NCBI RefSeq assembly: GCF_964355755.1 | Contig: NC_092670.1 | Span: forward strand, 31,298,388 to 31,362,387 | Length of the DNA stretch: 64,000 nucleotides | Source of the DNA: Antedon mediterranea | Taxonomy: Eukaryota > Animalia > Echinodermata | Reading direction: 5' to 3' | Part shown: positions 12,397 to 25,782 of the stretch, in pieces | Layout: each line of letters starts with the position of its first letter | Numbering within the stretch: position 1 is the stretch's first letter | Program-made: the position numbers and the translations under genes | Notes under the pieces: generated by a model | What the model was told of the DNA's origin: nothing | The model's database searches: none | The model's input: the letters and a program-made list of their open reading frames with translations, nothing else

Positions 12397-12846
12397 ACCT
12401 CAAGGTTAACTTTGGGCTGAAGTACCTTTCTTTCTACTAATGTTCGTAAAAATTGTCAAATTTAACATTTTTGAAAAATTGAGACGTCTATTATTTCTAA
12501 AATTGATTCATTTCTTTGTGAAATAATAGATGAAATGTTTTCATTGAATAAACTATTCCACATATTATAACCACAACCGAAATTATCCAGAACAGTTTTT
12601 GCCATTTTCCGCCCACGATCTTTGAGTTTGGTCGCATATATTTGGTAATCTATTATTTTCCATTTTATTTATTTTATCCAATACTTTATCATTCTCAATA
12701 TTTGATAGTAATTAATTGGAATTATATACCTGTTTGTTACGCGAATATTATGGTAAACTTGCACTGTTGTTTTATATATTATTTGCTCACGACAGTTTAA
12801 TATCGGTGAACGATAAAAACTACTAATCGTATTTGTTTGTACTTAC

Positions 12847-13576
12847 CCGACATCTATTTTGTCGATTAAAAGTAAACCTCAGACCAAAAACGCCCTCTAA
12901 AACAACCTGAAAATGTATAGATATAATAATGAAAATATAATAAAATGTGTGATCGGTACTCCGTGTAATTAACTCCGAAATAAATGTTACCGCGCATATT
13001 CGAAAGCAGAACACAAATAGTTAGTGCTTATCAAAAAGTATTAAAAAAATACTGTGCTGTGTGCTAACCAATAACGTGTTTATCAATCATTAGTCACAAC
13101 AACGTCGGTATTATGACACACAAGGTGATACAAAAACATGATATTAGGCCAACTCGGTCTACATTGTGAGAAAAATGAAAAATTGCCACGGAGTTTCATA
13201 ACCTTATTGTATTCGTAACGCTAGCTGTAAATGACGGCCATTGGTCATTGGAAATATAGGCCTTATAAGGCTCTGACGTGATTATCATTTTCTCAAGCTT
13301 GTGGACCTTCTGAGGCAGTGCGACGTAGTGGAATCACCCGACACGGTTTCTCTTCCCTCTCTCCTTTCCACGTCTCTTTCCCTCATTCCCATTTTGATTT
13401 AACTTATTTCAGACACTTACGATTAGTCCAATGACTAAGCCAGGAATACTGGCGTACACGTGATTGTCATCCAACATAGTAATACTTGAAAGAGCAATGA
13501 TTGCTGCGCCAAGTATCATTAAAAGTAATGAACTTATCTTGACGACCGTCAAGAAGCAATTATTTCCCCCACACAT
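12847..13576 (-). pseudogene. Four-TM (MS4A/CD20-like) gene copy A, 3'-truncated (coding exons 1-2 only)
   Basis: Exons 13576-13421 and 12906-12847 are nearly identical to copy B. Homology stops in intron 2 at ~12437, and exons 3-4 are absent downstream in the window. Confidence 0.75.
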
Positions 13577-15319
13577 TCTAGAAAAAAAACAATGGAATCT
13601 ATAATATACAAACGATACATTGAATAAACTTGATTTAACCAATCACAAGAGGATGGCTTATTGGAAGGACTCTTTGCATTGGTCAACACGCTTACGCAGT
13701 GAGTCTACGTTCTTGCGTGGGTCCTGTGGAAAGCAAACTTAAGGTTGGTATAATAAATTAGCATAAACAAATATCAGTTAGGCCTATGTCGGAATAGGCT
13801 TACTCTACACCATCGCCTCTTATAGGCCATGATGGTACGCTTTCTTCGCTCACGTACGATCTTGGTCGGTTCTCGAATACATAATATAATTTCAGTATAA
13901 TAAAAACTGGCGATTTCAAAATGTCATGAGGTAATTTCCCGATTGATCGTAATCAAAACGGTACTGGGTTTGGTCTACTAGCGTTCCTGCTCCCAACCAG
14001 TACATCCATTACCTCCGATAGAGAAAGTCACAAAATGAGTCCAAATGTTTGAGTCAAATTTAAACAAAACCAATTTGTGTTTTGTATGTAACATTAGGGT
14101 TGGGGGATGACGAACTGCATATGAGGCGTAGGTAGGCGTGAATATGTTATGGGTACTATTTATAAAATTAGAATGGTAAAATCTTGATTTAAAAAAAACA
14201 ACCTTAACGTTAATATAAAGACTTCTAAAAAAAATCTTAAAAGTAACGGAATAATAGGCCTGCCTACACAATGTAACTGCTACGCTGTTTAACGCTTGTG
14301 TGTGAAGAACCACTAGTATACCGATGAATTAATGAATAACTTTCGTTTTAATCTTCAATAACTAATTATAACTCAACTTAATTAGTAAGCAGGGTTATGT
14401 TATCAATACCAAACGAGTAAAAATTATAGAATTCGATTTACTGAATTTTGCCCTTAGGTAATTAGATTTATATAGGCCTATAGATCTTGTAGCTTATGCG
14501 TATTACAAGGCATACGTATCCAGATTTATTTGCTCATTTCTGGCATATGAGGCGTAATTAGTATAGGCTTACTACCCCATTAACACAGCGTGAATATGTT
14601 ATGGGAATTATGCATACAATTAAAATGGTCAAACCTTGATAATCAAAACCAACCTTAACGGAAGATCCACAAAGACAGAAATATAAAGACTTCTAAAAAA
14701 ATCTTATAAGTAACGGAATAATAGGCCTGCCTACACAAATGTAACTGCTATGCTGTTTAACGCTTGTGTGTGAAGAACCACTAGTATACCGATGAATTAA
14801 TGAATAACTTTCAACGCAGCTAAAGTTTATAACCAGGATTTGATATTGCGATGTCATACATCAATACTATTTCAAGGTCGCGGTTGTTATTGTTGCTGCT
14901 TGTATCCTGGTTGAAATCGAATTAGCCAACTAGTGTAGTGTACTTTCAATAATTTCAACACTACTCACTAATTAATTGCATTCAGATGGAACATCTGAAG
15001 ACATGAGAGATCTGTAAGAATATTTGAAATATATATATAATATAATATAATATATCTTGACTCAACAACATCTATGAAGATTTGATGTGGTAATCACATT
15101 TCTGGAGGTCATTCAAAGTAAAATTCATTAAACCTAGTAGTATAGTAGTATTTGACAGGACCACAATGTAAAACAGATACACTGTTATCTGATTGTTTTA
15201 TCCTGTATAAATATATTATTTATTATTATTATTATTATAGTAGTAAACTACTATAGTCAAAATTAGGTGGCTATTTTTTGTTTTCTTTGTTGTGGTAAGT
15301 ATCTCCTGTCGTACCAATC

Positions 15320-15620
15320 TTGTACTACTGTCACTTTGCAATACTGCTGTCACACTTTGTAATACTACTGTCACACACTGTAATACTACTGTCACACACT
15401 GTAATACTACTGTCACACACTGTAATACTACTGTCACACACTGTAATAACTTCTGTCACACTTTGTAATAACTGCTGTCATACTTTGTAATAACTGCTGT
15501 CACACACTGTAATACTACTGCCACACTCTGTAATAACTTTTGTCACACTTTGTATTACTACTGTTACACTTTGTAATAACTTCTGTCACACTCTGTAATA
15601 AGTGCTGTCGCACTTTGTAA
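15320..15620. repeat. 21-bp minisatellite (cactgtaatactactgtcaca)n
   Basis: About 14 degenerate units; paralogous array at ~24110-24385. Confidence 0.9.
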
Positions 15621-16105
15621 CATTTTGAACTACTCGTGATTCGTGAAGTAGACGTCGTGCATTTCCACATTTTATACACACAAAATATATATAAAGATAC
15701 CTGTACGGCCTACAACTACCAGGTGTAAAAAAATAAAAAGTCGCTTACTTGAGCGTAATGTGGATATTAAAACCATATTTGCAATTAAATTATTCATAAA
15801 AATATACAGTAGTCGATTCGACAATTATCAAATATAGAACAGGTCGATACAAATATTTTTATTTTTTTGTAAACAAAATCGCTATAAGTCCTGTCACTGT
15901 GTAAATAAACAAATTGTGGACACAATAATGTATTCAAATCTTTTTTTTCAATGTAATGTAGGTCTATTATCTCCAACAAAAAATGCACGGTTCTTAAAAA
16001 ACATGCCATAAAGGCTTTCTGAGTGTGTAATTTAGGTAGGATCAATAACCAACAACAATTGAACAGCGATATTACAATGTTTGTTATGATATTGAATAAT
16101 AACCA

Positions 16106-16651
16106 TGTTCTGGCCAAATCAATAATTTTAAGCACACTGTTAATGCGAATCTTTAATGTCCATTCATAAACCGATTAACTGAAACAACAAAAATATCTCT
16201 CAGTAATAAGACAATAGCAAAAAATAATGGTAAAGTTATACAAACTAAATAATAATAATGCCTCATAATTCAGGCTAGATCATAACTAAATACACTTTAA
16301 ATAAACAGGTAAGTATACATAGGCTATAGCAAATTAAGGTGTTGCCCAAATGGCTCAACCATCATAACAAACATAAATACAATATAAATCTATCAATAAA
16401 GGTAATAAACTTAAAACTCACCAAAGATTGTGCTAACCACTTTGTACCAGAACATACATGCCTATATTGCCATCTACTATATAGTTGAACATAGCTATAC
16501 TAATACTACTATTCTTCTTGTGAGGACACATCCACCTAGCTTTTTCTGGCTACGACTGACCTCAATATTTATTCCTTATAACCTCAAAGAGTAGCCAAAT
16601 TGGTCCCTAGACTGAATAGGGACATATGAAGTTACCAAATTGCACCTTATA
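16106..16651. mobile_element. Probable solo LTR (546 bp, 5-bp TSD AACCA)
   Basis: Absent from the paralogous site (~24705-24715, aataaccaattcac). Flanked by AACCA at 16101-16105 and 16652-16656. Begins TGTT and ends ATA (possibly a mutated ACA). Confidence 0.55.
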
Positions 16652-17719
16652 AACCAATTCACTAAATAATATAACAATCTATTGTAAAAAGGTACATTTT
16701 TACTTAAATAAAATATAAACAAAAATACTATATAGGCGTACATCAATATAAAAATAAATAGCCTAAAACTATGGCAGCGGCATCATTAGTATACCACAAT
16801 ATGAAATATATGTATAAAGATGTAACATTCTATGTGATTTATTGAACTTTAATTGAGGCTTACTGTACTCGCGTAATTTGGCACAATCTACAATTTGTAT
16901 CCGAGGCTGTCTTTATTTACGTAAGCCTCTGATCAAATATAAAAACTATAGCTAGCAGCACATGTCATGTTTCATAATTATATAATAACAACATAACTTT
17001 ATGAGGGACTTTTCCGAGAGCCGGCGTTGATCGATTGCACAAATACGGTAATCATAATTGTACTATTGAGGCCGGCTATAATGTTACACATTTTCCTTAT
17101 GCCTACTCTACTACACTACAACATTGAATATCCAAAACACAGAAAAAGGCTATTCTTTAAAAATGTTGTCTTGATCCCATCTTCCGCTGGATATACTTTA
17201 TCTATTATTATTTACAATGTAGTTTAAACAGTAAAACACATTTGATTATTGAAGCTGTCTCGTGTTCATGCTTTGGTAAATACAATATGAGGCTGATCAA
17301 TAGAATCCTGTAAAAAAACGAACAGAAAAATAATAGTTGATGGTGGGAAAGGTTTGAAGGGCACTTGATAACAAAAAACTAATGTGAGGCGATTTAAGAT
17401 GTTTTTGAGACAATTCCACTCGGATGGAGGAACAGACAGACTAATATTTTTGAGCAGATAAAAACTTAACAATCGTTCCCAATTGGACATAACGTAACGA
17501 CGCGTAACGCAAGTGTCGAGTTGACCAATCACAGGGGACGTTTCGGATGATCCACGTGTCGTGATTGGTCAAATCAATTTCAGTGCGCTTACGTCCTTGC
17601 GTGGCATCCTAGTAGTGGAAACCAAACCCTAAACCCACTCTCCAGTTTACAGTACAACATCTCCTGTCATCATAACTGCCACTACTACCTCCCATGCCCA
17701 TGAACGTCTTTTGGATTTA

Positions 17720-20700
17720 TTAGGAGTTTATTAAATGTCCATCATTTACCATATCACCACAGCAGGCACATGGAGCAGACCGGATACGAAGCAGAATTGA
17801 CAGCACAATACCAACGAGTCCAAGGATCAACGGGGTCAACCCGCCGGTGATATAAGTATCAGAAGTAGTCTGTTAAAAATGACAAAGTTAAAGCATGTTA
17901 ATATACAATTACACATACCTTGTGCATATTGGATATGACGACATTTTAAAAACAATTATAGGCGCGCCTATACTTATTTTTTTGACAAATTTCACATAGC
18001 TTCCAAGTTGTAATTATAACAATAATTGTGTGATTTTTAGCAAGACTTCTCAACTTAAACAAGAATATTTCTTACAAAAAACGCTGCTCGCTTATTGTTA
18101 TGGCTAAGGTCAAGTCTGGGGGTCACTTCATCACGCCTAGATACTTCAAGTATCCTATTACAAACAAAAACTTCAATGGACTGTTTTGATAATAATTCAA
18201 TGATTATCTGACAGCGAATTATAGTAATATCATCATGGGACTCATAAATACCAGAATGCTTTGGGATTTGTCGTTAGACTCTTTTCCCAGCCGTTTTTGG
18301 ATTCAACAGGTGGTACCAATAAATTATAGTGGAGTTTCCATTTTAACAAAAATGTCAAAGTGTAGTACTATAAAGCTGCTTGATTTCATCTAATGAATGA
18401 GTCAACTCGTGTGACGTAGCGGGCTAGAGCAGCAGCGTGAAAAAGAAATGCAATATCGGTATCTTATCGTATTATCTGAAAATTTGTTGTTTTTTTTTCA
18501 AAATGGGAAATATACCAGTTCAGCAAACACGTTGGAATCGTCAGTAATAGAGCCAATAAAGTTGTTGGTCTGATCAGACATACATTTAACTACCTTGAAG
18601 AGGAAATGTTTGTTCCACTTTTTAAATCATTAGTGAGACCTCACCTTGAATATGCTAACTGTGTATGGTCTCCGTTTCTTCGTAAAGATATAACATGCAT
18701 TGAAAAAAGTTCAAAAGAGGGCAGCAACAAAAGCAATTCCATCATTAAAAGACCTGGATTATACAGAACGCCTAAAACGACTAAATCTATCAACATTGGC
18801 CTTTAGAAAATTACGAGGAGATAATTATGATTCATGTTTTTTGAATGTTGACAGGCCTAAGTGGTAGTGGAATGCGTAACTTCTTCCCTATGAAAACATA
18901 CGAGAGAAACCTAAGAAGACATAGATACACCATATATAAGCGACGACCTAAACTGGATATCCGCAAGTACAATTTTTCTTAAACGCCTTTAAAAATAAAC
19001 TTGATAAATTCATTGAAAGAAAATACAACAAATTTACTTTTATGGGATAAAGTGTATTGCAGAAGAATTTATATCAAGGAAACGAATAAAAAAAACAAAA
19101 CAAAAAAAAACACAAAAAAACCATGCAGTGATGACTTGATGAAATTGGGAGGGCATGACATGTACCATACAGAAATGTATGGTCTACTTACGAGCCCAAC
19201 AAGACAGGTGATTACAGGTGATTACAGACAGTGCGTATACTTACACATCCTTCTCTACACTCTGATATACGAGCATAGTTAGCTAACCAGTAAATCCAGA
19301 ATCCATTTATCCAAAAAAACAACAGAACAATTGTCACAATTGAAAACACGAGAGCAGTTTTTTTCTAAAAAGAACAAAATTAAAATACACAAAAATAGCA
19401 TCTTGGTCGAAATTAATTCTGTACCAGTGTCGCCAATGAATTTGGGCATATTGATAAACACAAAGTAGACATAGAACAACATTAATATCCATGTCAGTGA
19501 CAGTAAACTTTAAACCACTGTGAAACTTTTACAATTCCTATTATTGTTATCATTTTATTTATGTATTTATTGTTGTTGTTTACATTATATGTGTTATCAA
19601 TTAATAGAATAATACATGTATGTTGTATGCCTACCAAATATTTCAGTTTTAAAAGTTTCAACAGTACTAATCATTGCGATAGTCAGTTAGACTCTATCTA
19701 GTGACAGTGACAGCTGCAGGGGAATTAGGTGCATATTATTCATTATTTAATGGATATTTTACATTGAAGTTTAACAAAGATTTAAATATGTACAACACAA
19801 TCCTACAAAACATTAAATCGAGAAACATATTATACGCTGTATTTTAGATATATTATATTGTATTAATCAATTAATACATTATCAACAATAAAACAGATTT
19901 ATACTCGTGAGAAAATGAATGATTATGATACGTGTATATTTTATTCTTTCTTTCTTTTATTTCAGTGAACAATGGCCTCCCGGCGGCTCATAATAAAATC
20001 TATATTATTTTTACACAGGATTTTCTTCTTTTAATCTTAATTGATCACAAAACATATAATAAATATTCTAATTTTCAAATGTCGCCCTTTTTCAATCAAC
20101 AGATTATGACCAATAATCTAAATTATTACTAAATTAAGTTCTCATACTTACAACTTAAAGCATAGACATAATGTTCGTAAAAATTGTCAAATTGTCAAAC
20201 ATTGAGACGTGTATTATTTCTAAAATTGATTCATTTCTGGCAAGGCGGACAGAAGGAAAGTACAATATCACAACCGATCTTAATGTATGAGTGTTTATTG
20301 AACACCATTCAATTCTGTAAAGATTGAATAAAAAACAAAGGTTACAGTAAAAGTCAACCTGACTAAAAAGCTCATGTAAATATAAAGATGAAACATACAT
20401 AAAACATTATTTCAATATTAGATTAATGCATCCATAATCCTTAATCATCAATTAATAGTTAACATTATTCTTTTCATATTCCATTCTGATTCATTAATTC
20501 AAACATAATTATAAAGCATAATCAATGGAAACTTACTACTTTGACCGGATGTAATTAACATTTAAACAAGTCTCTGATTAACTTCAGTTCAGTATCTTAA
20601 GCAGATTAACAGTTGGTAGATCCCTAAACATCACAGTATCAATATCTTAATGAAATTTACTAAAAACTGGTAAATAAACAGAATTAAAATACTTATAAAA

Positions 20701-21894
20701 ACATCGATGCGAGTCAGCTGCTCGCCATGCTGGATCTACGCTTGTTTATTAGAGACAATAAAGGACGCCCTCAATGTTAACTAAATAAATATCTGTTTCA
20801 CACGAAACAATTTCTTTGTAAAATAATAGATGAAATGTTTTCATTGAATAAACTATTACACATATAACCACAACCGAAATTATCCAGAACAGTTTTTGCC
20901 CTTTTCCACCCACGATCTTTGAGTTTGGTCGCATTATTTGGTAATCTATTATTTTCCATTTTATTTATTTTATCCAATACTTGATCATTCTCAATATTTG
21001 ATAGTAATTAATTGGAATTCTATACATGTTTGTTACGCGAATATTATGGTAAACTTGCACTGTTGTTTTATATATTATTTGCTCACGACAGTTTAATATC
21101 GGTGAACGATAAAAACTACTAATCGTATTTGTTTGTACTTACCCGACATCTATTTTGTCGATTAAAAGTAAACCTCAGACCAAAAACGCCCTCTAAAACA
21201 ACCTGAAAATGTATAGATATAATAATGAAACTATAATAAAATGTGTGATCGGTACTCCGTGTAATTAACTCCGAAATAAATGTTACCGCGCATATTCGAA
21301 AGCAGAACACATTTTTATAAGAACACAAATAGTTAGTGCTTATCAAAAAGTATTAAAAAAATACTGTGCTGTGTGCTAACCAATAACGTGTTTATCAATC
21401 ATTAGTCACAACAACGTCGGTATTATGACACACAAGGTGATACAAAAACATGATATTAGGCCAACTCGGTCTACATTGTGAGAAAAATGAAAAATTGCCA
21501 CGGAGTTTCATAACCTTATTGTATTCGTAACGCTAGCTGTAAATGACGGCCATTGGAAATATAGGCCTTATAAGGCTCTGACGTGATTATCATTTTCTCA
21601 AGCTTGTGGACCTTCTGAGGCAGTGCAACGTAGTGGAATCACCCGACACGGTTTCTCTTCCATCTCTCCTCTCCCACTCTCCTTTCCACGTCTCTTTCCC
21701 TCATTCCCAATTTGATTTAACTTTTTTCAGACACTTACGATTAGTCCAATGACTAAGCCAGGAATACTGGCGTACACGTGACTGTCATCCAACATAGTAA
21801 TACTTGAAAGAGCAATGATTGCTGCGCCAAGTATCATTAAAAGTAATGAACTTATCTTGACGACCGTCAAGAAGCAATTATTTCCCCCACACAT
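17720..21894 (-). CDS. Four-transmembrane membrane protein, MS4A/CD20-like topology, copy B, ~161 aa
   Basis: Four phase-0 exons: 21894-21739, 21202-21143, 19364-19245 and 17869-17720, with GTAAGT donors and pyrimidine-AG acceptors. Four hydrophobic helices, a Cys pair in the second loop (ECREGC) and a Cys-rich tail (PCACCG). The family name is inferred from topology only. Confidence 0.8.
18520..18985 (+). mobile_element. 5'-truncated, degraded CR1-group LINE ORF2 C-terminal fragment
   Basis: RANKVVGLIRHTFNY..LFKSLVRPHLEYANCVWSP..KDITCIEK, then frameshifted LDYTERLKRLNL..L..RKLRGD. Confidence 0.85.
20238..20809 (-). mobile_element. Solo LTR (572 bp, TG...CA, 5-bp TSD ATTTC)
   Basis: Empty site in copies A and C (ttcatttctttgtg). 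ATTTC at 20233-20237 and 20810-20814. TG/CA termini. Minus-strand AATAAA about 55 bp from the end. Confidence 0.8.
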
Positions 21895-22012
21895 TCTAGA
21901 AAAAAAACCATGGATTCTATAATATACAAACGATACATTGACCAATCACAAGCGATGGCTTTTATTATTTTATTTTATTATTGGAAGGACTCTTTGCATT
22001 GGCCAACACGCT

Positions 22013-22480
22013 ATGGAACGCCTCCTCTGCCTTCAGTTCACATTTATCATGCAGTACACACCAATGGTAATGCAGTACACACCAATCGTCATGCAGTACA
22101 CACCAATGGTAATGCAGTACACACCAATCGTCATGCAGCACACACCAATCGTCATGCATTACACACCAAACGTCATGCAGTACACACCAAACATCATGCA
22201 GTACACACCAATCGTCATGCAGTACACACCAAACATCATGCAGTACACACCAATGGTCATGCAGTCGTGCATGCAGTACACACCAATGGTCATGCAGTAC
22301 ACACCAATGGTCATGCAGTACACACCAATCGTCATGCATGACCATTGGTGTGTACTGCATGATGTTTGGTGTGTACTGCATGACGATTGGTGTGTACTGC
22401 ATGACCATTGGCATGTACTGCATGAAGATTGGTGTGTACTGCATGATAAATGTCAACTGAAGGCAGAGGAGGCGTTCCAT
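22013..22480. mobile_element. Foldback-type non-autonomous DNA transposon with opposed 21-bp tandem repeats
   Basis: TIR atggaacgcctcctctgccttcagtt. TSD AACACGCT at 22005-22012 and 22481-22488 (a 6-bp reading is also possible). Empty site in copy A (~13685-13695). (catgcagtacacaccaatggt)n flips orientation at ~22336. Confidence 0.9.
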
Positions 22481-23511
22481 AACACGCTTACGCAGTGAGT
22501 CTACGTTCTTGCGTGGGTCCTGTGGAAAGCAAACTTAAGGTTGGTATAATAAATTAGCATAAACAAACATCAGTTAGGCCTATGTCGGAATAGGCTTACT
22601 CTACACCATCGCCTCTTATAGGCCAAGATGGTACGCTCTCTTCGCACACGTACGATCTTGGTCGGTTCTCGAATACACAATATAATTTCAGTATAATAAA
22701 AACTGGCGATTTCAAAATGTACGTACCGCAGGACAATAATACATGTCGTTTACAGCAACGATAAATAGACACATTGAATTATATAGTTAACTAAAATTAG
22801 CACCCTTGGAATTACCTCCGATAGAGAAAGTCACAAAATGAGTCCAAATGTTTGAGTCAAATTTAAACAAAACCAATTTGTGTTTTGTATGTAACATTAG
22901 GGTTGGGGGATGACGACGAACTGCATATGAGGCGTAGGTAGGCGTGAATATGTTATGGGTACTATTTATAAAATTGGAATGGTAAAATCTTGATTTAAAA
23001 AAAACAACCTTAACGTTAATATAAAGACTTCTAAAAAAAAATCTTAAAAGTAACGGAATAATAGGCCTGCCTACACAAATGTAACTGCTACGCTGTTTAA
23101 CGCTTGTGTGTGAAGAACCACTAGTATACCGATGAATTAATGAATAACTTTCAACGCGGCTAAAGTTTATAACCAGGATTTGATATTGCGATGTCATACA
23201 TCAATACTATTTCAAGGTCGCGGTTATTATTGTCACTGCTTGTATCCTGGTTGAAAACACTGTGAACGAATTAGCCAACTAGTGTAGTGTACTTTCAATA
23301 ATTTCAACACTACTCACTAATTAATTGCATTCAGATGGAACATCTGAAGACATAAGAGATCTGTAGGCCTATTTGAAATATATATATATAATATATATAT
23401 AAACACAGTAGGCAAAGAACACTAATTCCAAACCGCCCGGTGATATACTGAAATTTAATTAATTAATTTGAAACGATAAAGATGAGGAAATCTGTGAGAA
23501 TGAGAAAAAGT

Positions 23512-23583
23512 CGCCCCAACCGAGACTCGAACTCGGACCGCCTGCTTGATATGCAGATGTCCTAACCATTAGACCACTGGGGC
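23512..23583 (-). tRNA. tRNA-Asp-like cloverleaf (anticodon ATC) inside a ~270-bp insertion; likely repeat-borne or pseudo-tRNA
   Basis: 72 nt: acceptor GCCCCAG/TTGGGGC, D-arm TGGTCTAATGGTTAGGAC, anticodon arm TCTGC-ATATCAA-GCAGG, T-arm CCGAG-TTCGAGT-CTCGG, followed by TTTTT. Confidence 0.65.
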
Positions 23584-23666
23584 TTTCATGGTATTGTTCG
23601 AACTCGATTGGATAGCGACTCTTTAACATTCTCGGCGTGGTACGGCGGAACAGCACTAGTCCTCAG

Positions 23667-23770
<104 letters not shown>

Positions 23771-25782
23771 TGACTCAACAACGTCTATGAAGATTTGATG
23801 GGGTAATCACATTTCTGGAGGTCATTCAAAGTAACATTCGTTAAACCTTAGTAGTATAGTAGTAAACTAAACATTAGGTTGCTATTTTAGTTTACCTAAT
23901 TATCCTTACGTAGCCTATAAGCAAATAAAATGACTACACACATACTCATATCGTATTTTATTTATGTATTTATTGAACTGAGTTTATTTAAACTTGGTGT
24001 GGTTGGCAATAATCCTTTTTAATAATCTAAAGAAATTCTTTTTCAGGAGGCATGACGTCAATACAAGTTGTGGTAAATATCTACTAACTGGACTCACACT
24101 GTAAAAAAAGTCACTATTTGTAATATTGTAGGCTACTGCTGTCGCACTTTGTAATACTGCTGTTACATTCTGTAATAACTCCTGTCACACCAATCTTGTA
24201 ATACTACTGTCACTTTGCATCACTGCTGTCACACTTTGCAATACTGCTGTCACATTCGATAATACTGCTGTCGCACTTTGTAATACTACTGCCACACACT
24301 GTAATACTACGACACACCTCTGTAATAACTTCTGTCACACTTTGTAATACTTCTGTCACACACTGTAATTCTACTGTCACACCTCTTTAAATTATTCATA
24401 AAAATATACAGTATTCGATTCGACAATTATCAAAATAAAGAACAGGTAGGTAGATACAAATATTGTATTTTGTTGTAAACAAAAACTGTCACTGTGTAAA
24501 TAAACAAATTGTGAACACAATAATGTTCAAATCTGTTTTCAATGTAATGTAGGTCTATCATCTCGAAACTTTTAAAAATGCATGGTTCATTAAAAAAAAC
24601 ATGCCATAAAGGCTTTATGAGTGTGTAATTTTATTTCAAAAGGTATGCTCAATAACCAACAACAATTCAATAGCAATATTACAATGTTTGTTATGATATT
24701 TAATAATAACCAATTCACTAAAAGATATACCAACCTATTGTAAAAAGGTACATTTTTACTTTAATAAAATATAAACAAAAATAATATATAGGCTTACATC
24801 AAGAAAAAAATAAATAGCCTAAAACTATGGCAGCGGCATCATTAGTATACCACAATATGAAATATATATATAAAGATGTAACATTCTATGTGATTTATTG
24901 AACTTTAATTGCTTAGTATGAGGCTTACTGTACTCGCGTAATTTGGCACAATCTACGACTTGTATCCGAGGCTGTCCTTATTTACGCAAGGCTCTAGACT
25001 GATCAAATATAAACTATAGCTAGCAGCACATGTCATGTTTCATAATTATATAATAAATATAAATAAACAACATAACTTTATTATGAGGGACTTTTCCCAG
25101 AGCCGGCGTTGATCGATTTCACGAATACGGTAATCATAATTGTACTATTGAGGCTAAATGTTACAAATTTTCCTCAGGCCTACTCTACTACACTTCAACA
25201 TTGAAGATACCAAAACACAGAAAAGGGCTATTATTTTGATTTGATTTGATTTGATCTCATCTTCCGCTGGATATATTTTATCTATTATTATATACAAAGT
25301 AGTTTAGGCTAAGTAAAACACATTTGATGATTGAAGCTGTCTCGTGTTCATGCTTTGGTAAATACAATATGAGGCTGATCAATAGAATCCTGTAAAAAAA
25401 AACGAAAAGAAAAATAATAATAGATAGTAGGGAAAGTTTGAGGGAATGCCGAGTCATAAAAACTAATGCGAGGCACTTTAAACAGAAGGTCAATCGAATC
25501 GATGGAGGAACAAACAACTCAATATTTTTGGACAGATACAATCGTTGGGCTTGGACATAACGTAACAATGTAGGCGTAACACACGTAAGTTGACCAATCA
25601 GAAGGGACGTTTCGAATGATCCACGTGTCGTGATTGGTCAAATTAATTGCAGTGCGCTTACGTCCTTGCGCTGCCATTCTAGTAGTGGAAAACAAACACG
25701 AAACCCACATCTCCACACACCATTCCCTGCCACTCTTACCCTCCATGTCCAACGTTGTATTTTTTAGGTTATTTTAGATTTA

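Noticed and set aside
15216-15437. ORF with TVVLQCV repeats
   Set aside because: Translation of the 21-bp minisatellite.
21910-22498. Three long overlapping ORFs with MQYTPMV / HAVHTNG / HDDWCVL repeats
   Set aside because: By-product of a stop-free 21-bp repeat inside a TIR/TSD-bounded insertion.
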